From positions 4,915-68,914 of IMG/VR virus record IMGVR_UViG_3300031951_000113: 64,000 nt of DNA; one strand, 5' to 3'. Below, piece by piece: positions 28,394 through 37,764 of the stretch. The number at the start of each line of letters is the position of its first letter. Within the stretch, counting starts at the first letter, position 1. Both the position numbers and the translations under genes were made by a program. The notes under the pieces are model-generated. The model was not told the DNA's origin and searched no databases. It worked only from the letters and a program-made list of their open reading frames with translations. The DNA comes from a virus.

Positions 28394-28609
28394 TTATTGC
28401 AGGTTAAGGGTTAGCTGTTGGCCTCTTGAAAGGTGGGTTGCTGGGTCGGGGACAAACTCAACCTCAAGACCGAGGTCTTGCAGATGGCGGACATCGGCGA
28501 GGTCAAGGGTCTTTTTCTTGGTGAGTGCGGTTAGTAGCCCCGCTTCGGGGCCGACTGGATAAATGGTCTGGCGACCATAGACATTGCGTTCGTATACTTG
28601 GATTGGCAT
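28394..28609 (-). CDS. small phage protein
   Basis: NVYG..IYP..LT.KKTL..LG pattern seen in phage early genes. Confidence 0.7.
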   Translation of the reverse strand: MPIQVYERNVYGRQTIYPVGPEAGLLTALTKKKTLDLADVRHLQDLGLEVEFVPDPATHLSRGQQLTLNLQ

Positions 28610-28641
28610 AAGGTTAATTTTTATAGGGGTTTATTTGTTGG

Positions 28642-28998
28642 TTATGACATTCTGTTTGCGACCATCATGGCGATGGTCTGTTCGTGGGTTGGGAGACGGT
28701 CCATGTTGTCGGCGAGATGGTCTAACATTCTTGCCACGGCACGGAGCCAGTCGGAGTTGTGTGCGGTGTTGTTCTCGTCGCCAAATGTTCCGGACAACTT
28801 TATGTCGGCGTTTCCTAGAACTGCGCTGTTCCTGTTCTTTCCTCTAATGCACAGCTCTGTGATGGCGCATAAATGCGCCGACATCTCAACAGTTAGTTTG
28901 GCGCTAAGGCTTAGCTCTATAGAGCCGCCCTTACCGGAAGTTGCACATGAGTCTGCCACCTTCAGATTGTATGCGGTGTTGCCTAATGATGCGCTCAT
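28642..28998 (-). CDS. hypothetical protein
   Basis: 118-aa ORF in operon. Confidence 0.55.
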   Translation of the reverse strand: MSASLGNTAYNLKVADSCATSGKGGSIELSLSAKLTVEMSAHLCAITELCIRGKNRNSAVLGNADIKLSGTFGDENNTAHNSDWLRAVARMLDHLADNMDRLPTHEQTIAMMVANRMS

Positions 28999-29000
28999 GG

Positions 29001-29165
29001 TTAGATGTTGGGGTCAATGAGGACGGCTACCACTCCGAGAATCAGAGCGGCTAGGGCAGAGATAAGCGCGGCGTGTATGCCGAGCGACAACAGGGCTGCA
29101 GGGACAAACCCGAAGGAAGCGACAGCGAACAGGGCGATTAGCCCTGCGATTTTGTTTCTGGTCAT
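29001..29165 (-). CDS. small two-TM membrane protein (not in ORF track)
   Basis: MTRNKIAGLIALFAVASFGFVPAALLSLGIHAALISALAALILGVVAVLIDPNI. Confidence 0.6.
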   Translation of the reverse strand: MTRNKIAGLIALFAVASFGFVPAALLSLGIHAALISALAALILGVVAVLIDPNI

Positions 29166-29233
29166 GGCAGTTTCTTGTTACCAATATGTCTATTGGATAT
29201 TATACCTCATAGACAATAAGTTTTTTGATTCGT

Positions 29234-29497
29234 TCAAATCTTTCCGTAGCACTCGGTCAAAGTCTTGCCGTCGAACGAGGCATACAACAGATCCATAGGC
29301 CGCTCGCCTGGACGCCACTCTTCCAGCTTCAGATCAGAGTAGCTCACCCACTCCACAACAAACGGGTATTTGCGGGTGAGTGTTTGGAGGGACTGCTTGA
29401 TGTCGTGGCGTGAGCCAGCGAGGTTGATCTGCTCGATGATCGAGTCGGGATCAGAGTTGTCGATGGTGCGGGATGCTGTGTTGTCTAGCGTTATCAT
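29234..29497 (-). CDS. hypothetical protein
   Basis: 87-aa ORF with C-ending codon bias. Confidence 0.6.
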   Translation of the reverse strand: MITLDNTASRTIDNSDPDSIIEQINLAGSRHDIKQSLQTLTRKYPFVVEWVSYSDLKLEEWRPGERPMDLLYASFDGKTLTECYGKI

Positions 29498-29585
29498 GGC
29501 TTTACTTTCTGTGTAGTTTGCTTCTGGTTTGTTTGGATACCTGCTGCCCTGCAGAAGCGGGACAGGGCGACAGGGTGAAAGGGTT

Positions 29586-29855
29586 TTATAAAGGGTTTTC
29601 CTCTTGCCACATGCGGTAGTTATTGTTTGCTTGGAAAGGGTTAAAAGGTTTCTCAGGTAGGCCTAAGTCCTTGGATGTAGAAGGGGAAACTCTAATACCA
29701 GCCTCCGCAAGTCTCCGAAGAATAGTGTCCAAAGCAGGGCGGTGGTCTTCCCACTCTCCAAGACGGCACAATTCTATGGTGGTCGTTACATGTTCTACTT
29801 TGTGGATGACTAGCATGGCTTTGATTAAAGCCTCTTGCGTTTCTTTTAGGTTCAT
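29586..29855 (-). CDS. hypothetical protein
   Basis: Likely start MNLKETQ. Confidence 0.5.
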   Translation of the reverse strand: MNLKETQEALIKAMLVIHKVEHVTTTIELCRLGEWEDHRPALDTILRRLAEAGIRVSPSTSKDLGLPEKPFNPFQANNNYRMWQEENPL

Positions 29856-29880
29856 TGGTTGTTGGTCTGCGGGTTGATGG

Positions 29881-29909
29881 TTGACAGGGTTGCAGGGTAA
29901 TGACATACT
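29881..29909 (+). promoter_or_regulatory. sigma70-type promoter for terS-like gene
   Basis: TTGACA-17-CATACT, 13 nt before ATG 29923. Confidence 0.6.
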
Positions 29910-29922
29910 CAAGTCGTTACTT

Positions 29923-30450
29923 ATGCCTGCAGCACTTGACCGAAATTGGGATGCTATACGCATCGAATTCTCACATGGGATGTCAATCCCTTTACTTGCA
30001 GTGAAATACGATGTGCCTGAAGGGACTCTTAAAGCTCGTTCAGCTAGGGAAAAATGGATGGAGATGCGGCCAGAGACCCATATAACCGAGGTTGCATCTC
30101 ATGCAACAAAGGTGCAACCGACCATTTTGGAGACCCAAAAACAGGCCGCAAAGCAGGTCGGAAAGACATGGGCGGAGCGTGGTGAGGCGTATCGTAGTAT
30201 GATGTTCGAGAAAACCTCTGAACTTATGCAACAGGCTACGCTCGCTCCTCCCAAGAACTGGAAAGATGCGGATATTGTGGATAAGATGGCTCGCAGGGCG
30301 GCAGGGTTGGACAATCTCGAAACACAGGTAAATACAATAATAGGCATTGGTAGTCTTGAGGACGGGCCTGTTAAGGCTGATTTCGAGGGTGATTTTGTCC
30401 AGAGTGTGTCATTACTCGACAGCCCTGCAGAGGGTGAGCCTACGGGTTAG
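29923..30450 (+). CDS. putative terminase small subunit (N-terminal HTH)
   Basis: WDAIRIEF..G.S...LAVKYDV..GTLK.RS.REKW HTH typical of TerS; lone + strand gene in the early arm. Confidence 0.6.
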   Translation: MPAALDRNWDAIRIEFSHGMSIPLLAVKYDVPEGTLKARSAREKWMEMRPETHITEVASHATKVQPTILETQKQAAKQVGKTWAERGEAYRSMMFEKTSELMQQATLAPPKNWKDADIVDKMARRAAGLDNLETQVNTIIGIGSLEDGPVKADFEGDFVQSVSLLDSPAEGEPTG

Positions 30451-30710
30451 CAACCCGTCAACTGAGGCCAAGTGGACTCTATCTCAGCGATTCTGGCCAC
30501 AGCTTTAGCTACCGCTTGTTCGCGGAGCCAGCCAGCTCGTGAGAGATCAGCTTTGAACAAGGCGATCTCCATGCGGAGACGCACCTCGCTTGGGTCAGGC
30601 AGCTTGGACTTTGGGATGTATTCGGCTCGTTCACTGCGATAGAGCCTGCATATCTCTTCAATCTGAGGGTAATTAGAGCGGACAGATCCGCTGGGCATAT
30701 AGGTTTTCAT
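30447..30710 (-). CDS. hypothetical protein
   Basis: 87-aa ORF convergent with the terS-like gene. Confidence 0.55.
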   Translation of the reverse strand: MKTYMPSGSVRSNYPQIEEICRLYRSERAEYIPKSKLPDPSEVRLRMEIALFKADLSRAGWLREQAVAKAVARIAEIESTWPQLTGC

Positions 30711-30720
30711 AAGACTACAA

Positions 30721-30742
30721 CCCCTCCCCCGAAGGGGAGAGG
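30721..30742 (-). terminator. cUUCGg hairpin (terminator or processing site)
   Basis: Minus strand cctctcccc-ttcg-ggggagggg; poor U-tract. Confidence 0.4.
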
Positions 30743-30763
30743 CTAGGTGTCTGACGAAATCCG

Positions 30764-31183
30764 TTAGGATTGTGGGGCCACAAGTGCCTTGAGTTCAGCA
30801 AGCTCCGCTTGGAGTGCGGCAATCACGGCATTCTTTTCGGCGACATCCGACGCAGCAATGAATTGCTGTTCAGGGCGGACATAACGAGTCGTCATAGAAG
30901 TGCCTTTGGCACTTGCGTCGGTGTAATCTGGAACGAACCCATTGCTTCTAGCAATAGACACAATCTGCTCGTGCTTAACCCAGCGAACATCAGCTTCACC
31001 GGAGAGGATTTCATTGACCTTATAGGTCAACTCTTTGCCCTTGAACCCAGATTCCCGAAGGGAAGCACGGATTTCACTTGCGGTTTGATTGCCATTGTAT
31101 GCAATCCTTGAGCCGAGGTCTTTGCCTTTAGCAGAAAGACGATTAGTGATGGGGCCGACATTAGCTAGTTCTTTAGTGATCAT
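30764..31183 (-). CDS. hypothetical protein, probable first early gene
   Basis: 139 aa with C-terminal coiled coil; follows the long non-coding region. Confidence 0.7.
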   Translation of the reverse strand: MITKELANVGPITNRLSAKGKDLGSRIAYNGNQTASEIRASLRESGFKGKELTYKVNEILSGEADVRWVKHEQIVSIARSNGFVPDYTDASAKGTSMTTRYVRPEQQFIAASDVAEKNAVIAALQAELAELKALVAPQS

Positions 31184-31199
31184 AACTTTACTCCTGATA

Positions 31200-31810
31200 A
31201 TGGAATCCTCCTACTTGACTTGGCTCCAACTCTCCAACGGAGAGCGGTGCATAGGAGAACTCCAGACAGGAGTTGTGCAGGGTGTATTGATATTGAGGCA
31301 AACTGCCGTAAATACACTTCAGAAAACTTCTTACTGCACAACTCAAGTGATGAGTTTACATTTCCCATACTTTAATCCGGCGTGGGGTGCTCGCTGATAT
31401 GTTCCACATATCTTCCGATTTCGGCGAGGCTTTCTGTTCTGCGAAACATACTTACCCTGATCGCTACGGCATGGTCACGGCTTAATATAGATTAAATCTA
31501 TAAAGTCTTTCGACGCTACCAGTCCCATCATTTCCAGAGCGGACTAACCCTTTCGGGTTTCTCTGTTCCTTCGATCCTATCCATTCTCTTTTCCGACTTT
31601 TCGCTTGCAAGGTGCATCAGTTCTTCCATCCACATCATCTACTTCCGTTTGGGATCTATCCTGATGTCTTGCTTCGAGTTTGCCGAGGCATTCAGACCGA
31701 TTCGATTGTCGGCAGGGCTTCCATCCTGCACTGCAAAGAGCGATGCCATTCGACCGAACCGATCGACGGCAAACCAACCCCCCAACCCTCAGCGAAGCTG
31801 AGGGCCTGCG
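31200..31810 (-). ncRNA. candidate large structured RNA or leader
   Basis: More than 10 nested inverted repeats; two GAAA tetraloops on the minus strand; no credible ORF. Confidence 0.45.
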
Positions 31811-32014
31811 TGCGCGGGCCGCGCTACGCGGCGTGCATCATGCGCGCACACACCACGCGGGTAGGGGGGTGGGGCCGTGGCGCAGGATCGAGCACTATAC
31901 ATAGATAGGTTGAAAAATTTTTTTCCGAAAAAGCCTGCAACCCCGCTCGGGAACAAATCAAAGCATCCGCGTAAAAATGGAACAAAACTTCCCGCTCGGG
32001 AGGGCGGCAAAACC

Positions 32015-32312
32015 AAGTGGTGATGTGGTGAGGGTTGGTGAAGGCATTTTTGAGCAGGCATCACCACACTTAAGTCGTTGATAATTTTTATACTTATATT
32101 TAAAATGGTGATGGTGGTGATGGTTTATAATAAAAAGGGGGGTATAATAGAGAAATAGAGAAAGCCCACACGCCTGACGGACGGAACAGCGAAAACAGCG
32201 CCGGAAGCACGGTATAGCCAAAAACCATCACCACCATCACCATTTGGGGTCATCCCTTTCGCCCTGTTGCCCTTACATTGGTGGGGGATGGTTTGGTGGG
32301 GTGATGGTTGCC
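32015..32312. repeat. GGTGATGG repeats with perfect 24-bp inverted repeat; putative replication origin
   Basis: aaatggtgatggtggtgatggttt (32103-32126) and aaaccatcaccaccatcaccattt (32222-32245); AT-rich flank; downstream of primase-helicase. Confidence 0.6.
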
Positions 32313-32465
32313 CCGCAACCTTGGATACTATGATGCGTTTAAGCGTATATGTCGAGTTTATGCGCTGAACGCTATTCGCGAATGGCGATTAGTGCCTAGT
32401 CTGCTTAGAAACTGGGCTGCAAGTCTAGCGTGACTTGAACTACTAGGCTTTTCCTAACAGTTGCC

Positions 32466-34628
32466 CTACGGCTTGGAGATTATCCAGAGAGTCTTCCGGG
32501 CCCTGCCTTCCCTGCGACCCAGCCACGGGGCTGCATTGCTTTTGTGAACTTGAGCCAACCATACGCCCATTTGCGCTGCACTCGCCCTGGTAGCAAAGAA
32601 GTCCTTGCCGATTCGGAGTAGGTCTCCTGAGGTGCCCTCCCACACCTTCGCCCCATCTATGAACAGGATGCTGTCCTTCAGGTGTCGCAGGGTGTCAATG
32701 TCTTCTCGGAGGTGGGTGGCTGCTGCGAGACTCTGGCTGTGAGCCAGGATTTCTGGGTGGTGGAAGGACTTCACTCCATAGCGGCTTCGTGATGACGATG
32801 CCATGATGCAGGGTGGCGGGGTCCACTGGGAGAGCCACCTTAGAAAGAACGGCAGTTCTGCATTGACCTGTGCCTCGATGACGTGGTTAGGTGGGAAACT
32901 TGGATACCATTCTCCGAGTTTAAACAGCATGAGTTTATCTGTGATTGAATTGTCCGTGGTCGGGACGATCGAGAGAGACTCTTCGTCCGTGTTACAGGTG
33001 ACGACTACCCTACCCTGCCACGGAAGCTTCGTAGCATCTTGGAACTTTGGATGGTAAAGGATCTCGGTTTGAGCGACGACCTTTTTAACGTTAGCTGAGA
33101 AAGTCTTTCGGCTAGTCCCGTCGATAGTGGCCATACCGTCGTCAACGCTCCACACTCCGACTTCGACTAGCTCCTTATTGAAGTCCCCTCCCCCTAGCAG
33201 GTATCCGCTCGCATCGCTATGTCCCCCTGAAATCTGGCCCATGATGAACGAGGATAGAAAGGTCTTACCCTGTCCCGCGCCTCCGGCGATGAACACCATT
33301 TGACCCGAAAGCAGCCGTCCCGCTCTGCCCGATTCCCAGAATCTTTTTAACCAAGCTAAGAAGTAGTCTCTTTGGCCGACTCCGTTTTCATCCACGGCGC
33401 TATCCCAGATACCAGGCTCCAGCAAAAACTTCTTGAGCCAGGGGAAATCCCCATCCTCTGCAGCGGGCTCCATCATTTTGCGTTGGCTGGTGTTTAGGTA
33501 CTTGGCTCCATTGAAGTCTAGAATTTCGACCGGATTGTAGACGAACGGCGCTACGCACTGCACCCGCTTGGTCTGTTGGATTGCGACCATAGCCTTATCT
33601 ACTTCGCTTGCGGTGTCCTTGTTACCGTTCTTGCTGGAAAGCCTGTACAGGACTTTCAACCGACGGCCCATCTCCTCGCTGACGAGTCGGCACCATAGGT
33701 CGTTGTCTTTGACCCAATAGGCGCGTCCGTCATACCAGAAGTCTGCTGCGGCAGCTCCGGTGCGCTCGGCTTCGTATTCCGAAACAAACTTTTTACCCAG
33801 TATCTCTACCCACGGCACAAAAGACTTACCTGCGCGGTCCGAGAAACATATAACCCCGTGCTCTCCCATGACTGCACCGACACGGTCAATCCCGTCGTCG
33901 ATCCAGAACAGCGGCACGCGTAGACCTTCTCTAATGTCGCCCTGCAGCTTTCCTGGGAACTGTTTCTCGATCTCGGCTGCGATGCGATCGTATGGGATTG
34001 AAGTATTGTTATCCGATACCTTCTTGGCTTTAAGCGCGGATTCGGCCAGCCAATGATGGACCACATTACATGAGATCGGAAGGGAACCTGGAATCTGCTC
34101 CCAGTCGCTACCGATCTCGAACACCTGGTTTGACTTTAAGGAGGTCTCGTCAAAATGTGGCAGCAGTTTCTTTACACGCAGTTCTTTTGCTGCGTAAGCC
34201 ATGAAAGACTCGTAGAGACCCTTGTTGTCCAACATCAGCGGCTCTTCGAACTCCCACACCACACGAATCCCCCCGCTGAATGTTTGAGAGATTCCTGTGG
34301 GCTCCAGCCCAGCCGGGCAGTTGTTAGCGAGGATCTGCTTCGCGTCGGCGATGGGAACTACCGAGTCATAGTCGGCAATAATGCCGTGTTGGTACTTGAC
34401 CGGATTTGTTTCCGAAACTCTTAGGGATGGGGTGAGCCCCTCTGCAAAAGTATAGAAGACCCAGTCGGTGTTTGGGTCGGAGCACCAAACCCGATAAGCT
34501 TCTTTAGTCGCCCCCGACTGGAGTCCTGGGCGCGGCGGGATACTGGCTTCCCATGGCTTGCCTCCGATGTCGAAGGCGTCGTTGCTCCTGAGGTTCTTGA
34601 TTGCGAGATAGGTCGTCTGTGTTGGCAT
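32466..34628 (-). CDS. primase-helicase (AEP-like N-term, SF3/DUF5906-like C-term)
   Basis: IIADYD, TFSGG.RVVW; Walker A GGAGQGKT, VDD, TCN. Confidence 0.8.
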   Translation of the reverse strand: MPTQTTYLAIKNLRSNDAFDIGGKPWEASIPPRPGLQSGATKEAYRVWCSDPNTDWVFYTFAEGLTPSLRVSETNPVKYQHGIIADYDSVVPIADAKQILANNCPAGLEPTGISQTFSGGIRVVWEFEEPLMLDNKGLYESFMAYAAKELRVKKLLPHFDETSLKSNQVFEIGSDWEQIPGSLPISCNVVHHWLAESALKAKKVSDNNTSIPYDRIAAEIEKQFPGKLQGDIREGLRVPLFWIDDGIDRVGAVMGEHGVICFSDRAGKSFVPWVEILGKKFVSEYEAERTGAAAADFWYDGRAYWVKDNDLWCRLVSEEMGRRLKVLYRLSSKNGNKDTASEVDKAMVAIQQTKRVQCVAPFVYNPVEILDFNGAKYLNTSQRKMMEPAAEDGDFPWLKKFLLEPGIWDSAVDENGVGQRDYFLAWLKRFWESGRAGRLLSGQMVFIAGGAGQGKTFLSSFIMGQISGGHSDASGYLLGGGDFNKELVEVGVWSVDDGMATIDGTSRKTFSANVKKVVAQTEILYHPKFQDATKLPWQGRVVVTCNTDEESLSIVPTTDNSITDKLMLFKLGEWYPSFPPNHVIEAQVNAELPFFLRWLSQWTPPPCIMASSSRSRYGVKSFHHPEILAHSQSLAAATHLREDIDTLRHLKDSILFIDGAKVWEGTSGDLLRIGKDFFATRASAAQMGVWLAQVHKSNAAPWLGRREGRARKTLWIISKP

Positions 34629-34660
34629 TTTTGTTACTGTGATATTATACCCCTGCTAAA

Positions 34661-34933
34661 TTAAAATGGCGGCTCGTCTGGGTGCGCGTGGCTATCGCCT
34701 TCCATTCTTGCTAAAAGTGACATCATTTCTTCAAAAGCAGCGTCAAATTCAGCATGGATGTCTTCTTCGTGAGCTCCAGCGTCTATGGCTTTTCGTATAG
34801 GGCTTTCTGCGTCATCTACAGCCCAGTTGAAAAATATCTGCTGCCTATCGTACCTAGACCATAAAGGCTTGTTTCTGTATTCGGCTTTGTGCTCGACCAC
34901 AGCCCACTTTGAAGCGTATTGTGCGATTGTCAT
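34661..34933 (-). CDS. hypothetical protein
   Basis: Start MTIAQY overlaps the polA stop. Confidence 0.55.
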   Translation of the reverse strand: MTIAQYASKWAVVEHKAEYRNKPLWSRYDRQQIFFNWAVDDAESPIRKAIDAGAHEEDIHAEFDAAFEEMMSLLARMEGDSHAHPDEPPF

Positions 34934-36681
34934 TTTCCGTATTTGTCCTCGATACTTCCTTCGGCGGCGAGAGGCAGCCCAGGCATCCATTCCGGAGTCT
35001 CAGACATTATTTCGACAATATTTTTTAGAGATTGTTCAGCCTCTTCTTCGCGAGTTAGACACACTACCTCATCATGGACGGAAAACAAAATCGTGTGTCC
35101 GGCAGCCTCTATATTAAGTAGCTTTTCAGCAAATACTTCTCTTGCGGTAGCCTGTGTTAAATTTTCTACAAGCAGCCCATACCAGTACTTCGAACGCATC
35201 ATTTTTCCGTTTCGGCACGTGACGGCGGTGAGCCCTCCCCCTGCGTTGCTGGCCGACCAATAGGTGATCTCTCTTCCGCTCGGAAGCTCTAAGCTGAAGT
35301 CGGCCCCCCGCGAAGCGTGCCGCTTCATCGAGGTCTCCAACGCCTTCCACAGAGCCTTAAGCTTTGGGTTTTTGGTCCTGAACAGCGTTGTCAGTCGCTC
35401 TGCCTCGGCCGCCTCTGTCCCTGAGACCATGCTAAACTTGGATGCCGACATACCGTACCCCAAGCCCAAGTTCAGCTGCTTAATCATTAACCTTTTTGCA
35501 GGGTTTTTACGTAGCGGGTCCGGCCCTTCGTGCAGGCCCCAAGCTCGCGCCTGAGCGTCATAAAGGTCGTCGCTTTGACGGATATAGTCTATGAGATTTG
35601 CGTCAGAAGACAGGAAAGCAAGACAACGAGGTTCAATCTGGCTTAGATCGACCGCTACAATCTTGGTGCCTTTTGGGGCTTTGATGAGCCCGCGTAGGTC
35701 TACCCCGTATAGCTCTTTCCTATTCAAGTTTTGGAGGTTCAACCCTGCATCCCCGCTCCACCGTCCCGTAGAGCCAGCTCCAAAGTATTTTAGGGAAAAC
35801 GGCATCCACCCATCCGGCTTGGTTCTGTTGATAAAAGTGCATACTTTTTTCAACAACATATTGCAGCGTCTCCAATCTCGCATGGCTCCGACCCAAGGAT
35901 AAGTTTCTCCGTATTTGTCCTCCCACCGCTGGCACTCTTCGCTATCCACGGCCAGCGACTTTGGAGGCTCGATCCCTACTTTACGGCATTCTTCTGCCAG
36001 CGCTTTTGGGGATAGAATCTTAGCGTCCTCTTCTTTAGCCCAAGGGATGCTTTGTTCCGCGTTCCAGATAAGCCCCTCTAAATGCTTTTTGTATTGCTGA
36101 GCTTTTTCTATGTCCACAGGAACTCCGCGCATTCCTATCTCCCTTGTTTGCCTAGACAGCTCCCTTTCGTGCCACGGCCATTTGTGTCCGAACTCCAGCC
36201 ACAGTTTCAGAGTCATCTCAGCGTCCTTGATGGCGTAGTCGGTGACTTCTTTTTTGAACTCCGCCGACATCGTCTCCCACTGCTTGCCCTTCATGTTGGC
36301 TCGGGTCTTTTTGTCTACCTCGATGCCAAGCAAGCTTTGTGATGCTCCAGCCAGCGACCCTGGACGCCCCATATATCTAGCCATGTCTAGGACATCGACG
36401 ACCTCTTTAAACCCGAGATCTTTTGGTATGTTCCCCTTCTCCCCTTCAGCCTCTAGAACTGTGAGGTCGTAGCCCGCGTTGGCCATGACTATAGTCTTAC
36501 CTCTCAGGATGCCCCAATCGAAATCTTTTGGGTTTCCTGCGTACTTAAGCCCATCGGACCCCGAAATTGTGAGCATGTAATTTTCGGAAGCCCGCGTGTA
36601 CTTCCACGCTCCCATTGTGGTTATACTGAGTTCTGAATCGTAGTAATTTTCAGTATCAAGGGAGTAGATAACATTTTGCAT
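34930..36681 (-). CDS. polA: DNA polymerase family A with 3'-5' exonuclease
   Basis: LDTE (ExoI), NAGYD, YAIKD; TGRWS..NLQN, DLSQIEPR (A), KQLNLGLGYG (B), VHDE (C). Confidence 0.92.
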   Translation of the reverse strand: MQNVIYSLDTENYYDSELSITTMGAWKYTRASENYMLTISGSDGLKYAGNPKDFDWGILRGKTIVMANAGYDLTVLEAEGEKGNIPKDLGFKEVVDVLDMARYMGRPGSLAGASQSLLGIEVDKKTRANMKGKQWETMSAEFKKEVTDYAIKDAEMTLKLWLEFGHKWPWHERELSRQTREIGMRGVPVDIEKAQQYKKHLEGLIWNAEQSIPWAKEEDAKILSPKALAEECRKVGIEPPKSLAVDSEECQRWEDKYGETYPWVGAMRDWRRCNMLLKKVCTFINRTKPDGWMPFSLKYFGAGSTGRWSGDAGLNLQNLNRKELYGVDLRGLIKAPKGTKIVAVDLSQIEPRCLAFLSSDANLIDYIRQSDDLYDAQARAWGLHEGPDPLRKNPAKRLMIKQLNLGLGYGMSASKFSMVSGTEAAEAERLTTLFRTKNPKLKALWKALETSMKRHASRGADFSLELPSGREITYWSASNAGGGLTAVTCRNGKMMRSKYWYGLLVENLTQATAREVFAEKLLNIEAAGHTILFSVHDEVVCLTREEEAEQSLKNIVEIMSETPEWMPGLPLAAEGSIEDKYGK

Positions 36682-36818
36682 AGGTCTTTACATCTGTTAG
36701 CATTGTATTTTATTACGCATTCCTGCAGCCAAGCCCGTCTGTATTCGGGGTTGTGTATACAAAGCCATCTGTGGCAAGCTCGTTCTGTAGCTTCTAAAAG
36801 CTTTTTATCGGAGGACAT
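36621..36818 (-). CDS. hypothetical protein
   Basis: Start MSSDKK; overlaps the polA 5' end. Confidence 0.35.
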   Translation of the reverse strand: MSSDKKLLEATERACHRWLCIHNPEYRRAWLQECVIKYNANRCKDLCKMLSTPLILKITTIQNSV

Positions 36819-36923
36819 TTTAGGGGAGTTCGAAGTGGGGTGATCAACAGAGGGAGCCAATGCAGTTAACCCTAGTCGCAGAACATCTCTGCGCTCTACG
36901 CCCCCACTTCGAAATTTCTTGTT

Positions 36924-37727
36924 TTAGGAATTCAACTTCAGGATCGAGGCAAAGAACTCAGCCGCTTCCGGAGTGTGCCTACCTGCAAACGTAGCACGTG
37001 GCGCATACCATGAGTTACGCGCGTTCTTCCTGATCTCGCTGCCCACAAGGTAGTGCCCTGTATGCAGACCGTTTCGGAGAGTCATCGCCGAGTCGCTAAT
37101 GATTCGTTTCCCAAGGGCCGTGTAACTGGAGCTAGCCACAGTCCACATTGCGACCGCATAAAGAGCGTCCGCGAACTGGTGCGGGAACAGGTCTGTAAGT
37201 TCGTCCGGAGCTTCGATATTCTCAGGCAGCTTGACCGCAAACGCAATGTGGGCGATCTCCTGAAAGTAGTTCTCGTCACCGTATTGCAACGAGCCCCCGG
37301 CCTCACGGACTTGTTCAGCAGTGTCGTAGACCTCTGGCTGCTCTGTGTTGTCGCCTTCACCCCAAGCGGTCTTTTTCTGGTATTGCTTCCTGAGTTGCAG
37401 CGGAGTCAGGTCCAACGTGTTTTGGGGCTTACCGTCCGACAGCACGAACGTCTTCTCAAACACAATGCTGCCAGGTTGGAAGTTGTCTGCCAGCGAGCCT
37501 ACTTTCTGCACCAAGTTGAGTCGTGGAAGCTTGATGTCACGCATAGAGACTTCTCCAACGATGCCTGAAGCCACGGCTGGCCCTTTAGGCACGGCTACCG
37601 CGTTGTTGAATCCCTGGTCTACTACAGCCAGCGAGCTTTCTGTCGTGTCACTAGGATATGATACCTCCTGCGCGACTGTTTCTTGTTTCTTTGTTGGGGG
37701 CTTAGCTGCGAATGATATGGACGCCAT
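36924..37727 (-). CDS. putative ssDNA-binding / replication accessory protein
   Basis: DIKLPRLNLVQ motif; between nuclease and polA; start MASISF. Confidence 0.55.
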   Translation of the reverse strand: MASISFAAKPPTKKQETVAQEVSYPSDTTESSLAVVDQGFNNAVAVPKGPAVASGIVGEVSMRDIKLPRLNLVQKVGSLADNFQPGSIVFEKTFVLSDGKPQNTLDLTPLQLRKQYQKKTAWGEGDNTEQPEVYDTAEQVREAGGSLQYGDENYFQEIAHIAFAVKLPENIEAPDELTDLFPHQFADALYAVAMWTVASSSYTALGKRIISDSAMTLRNGLHTGHYLVGSEIRKNARNSWYAPRATFAGRHTPEAAEFFASILKLNS

Positions 37728-37764
37728 ATGTTTTGGATGTTTGGATTTTTGGTTGTTTGGGTTG

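Noticed and set aside
31200-31810. Group I/II intron or hammerhead ribozyme
   Set aside because: No interrupted gene, and no convincing catalytic-core motifs found by eye.
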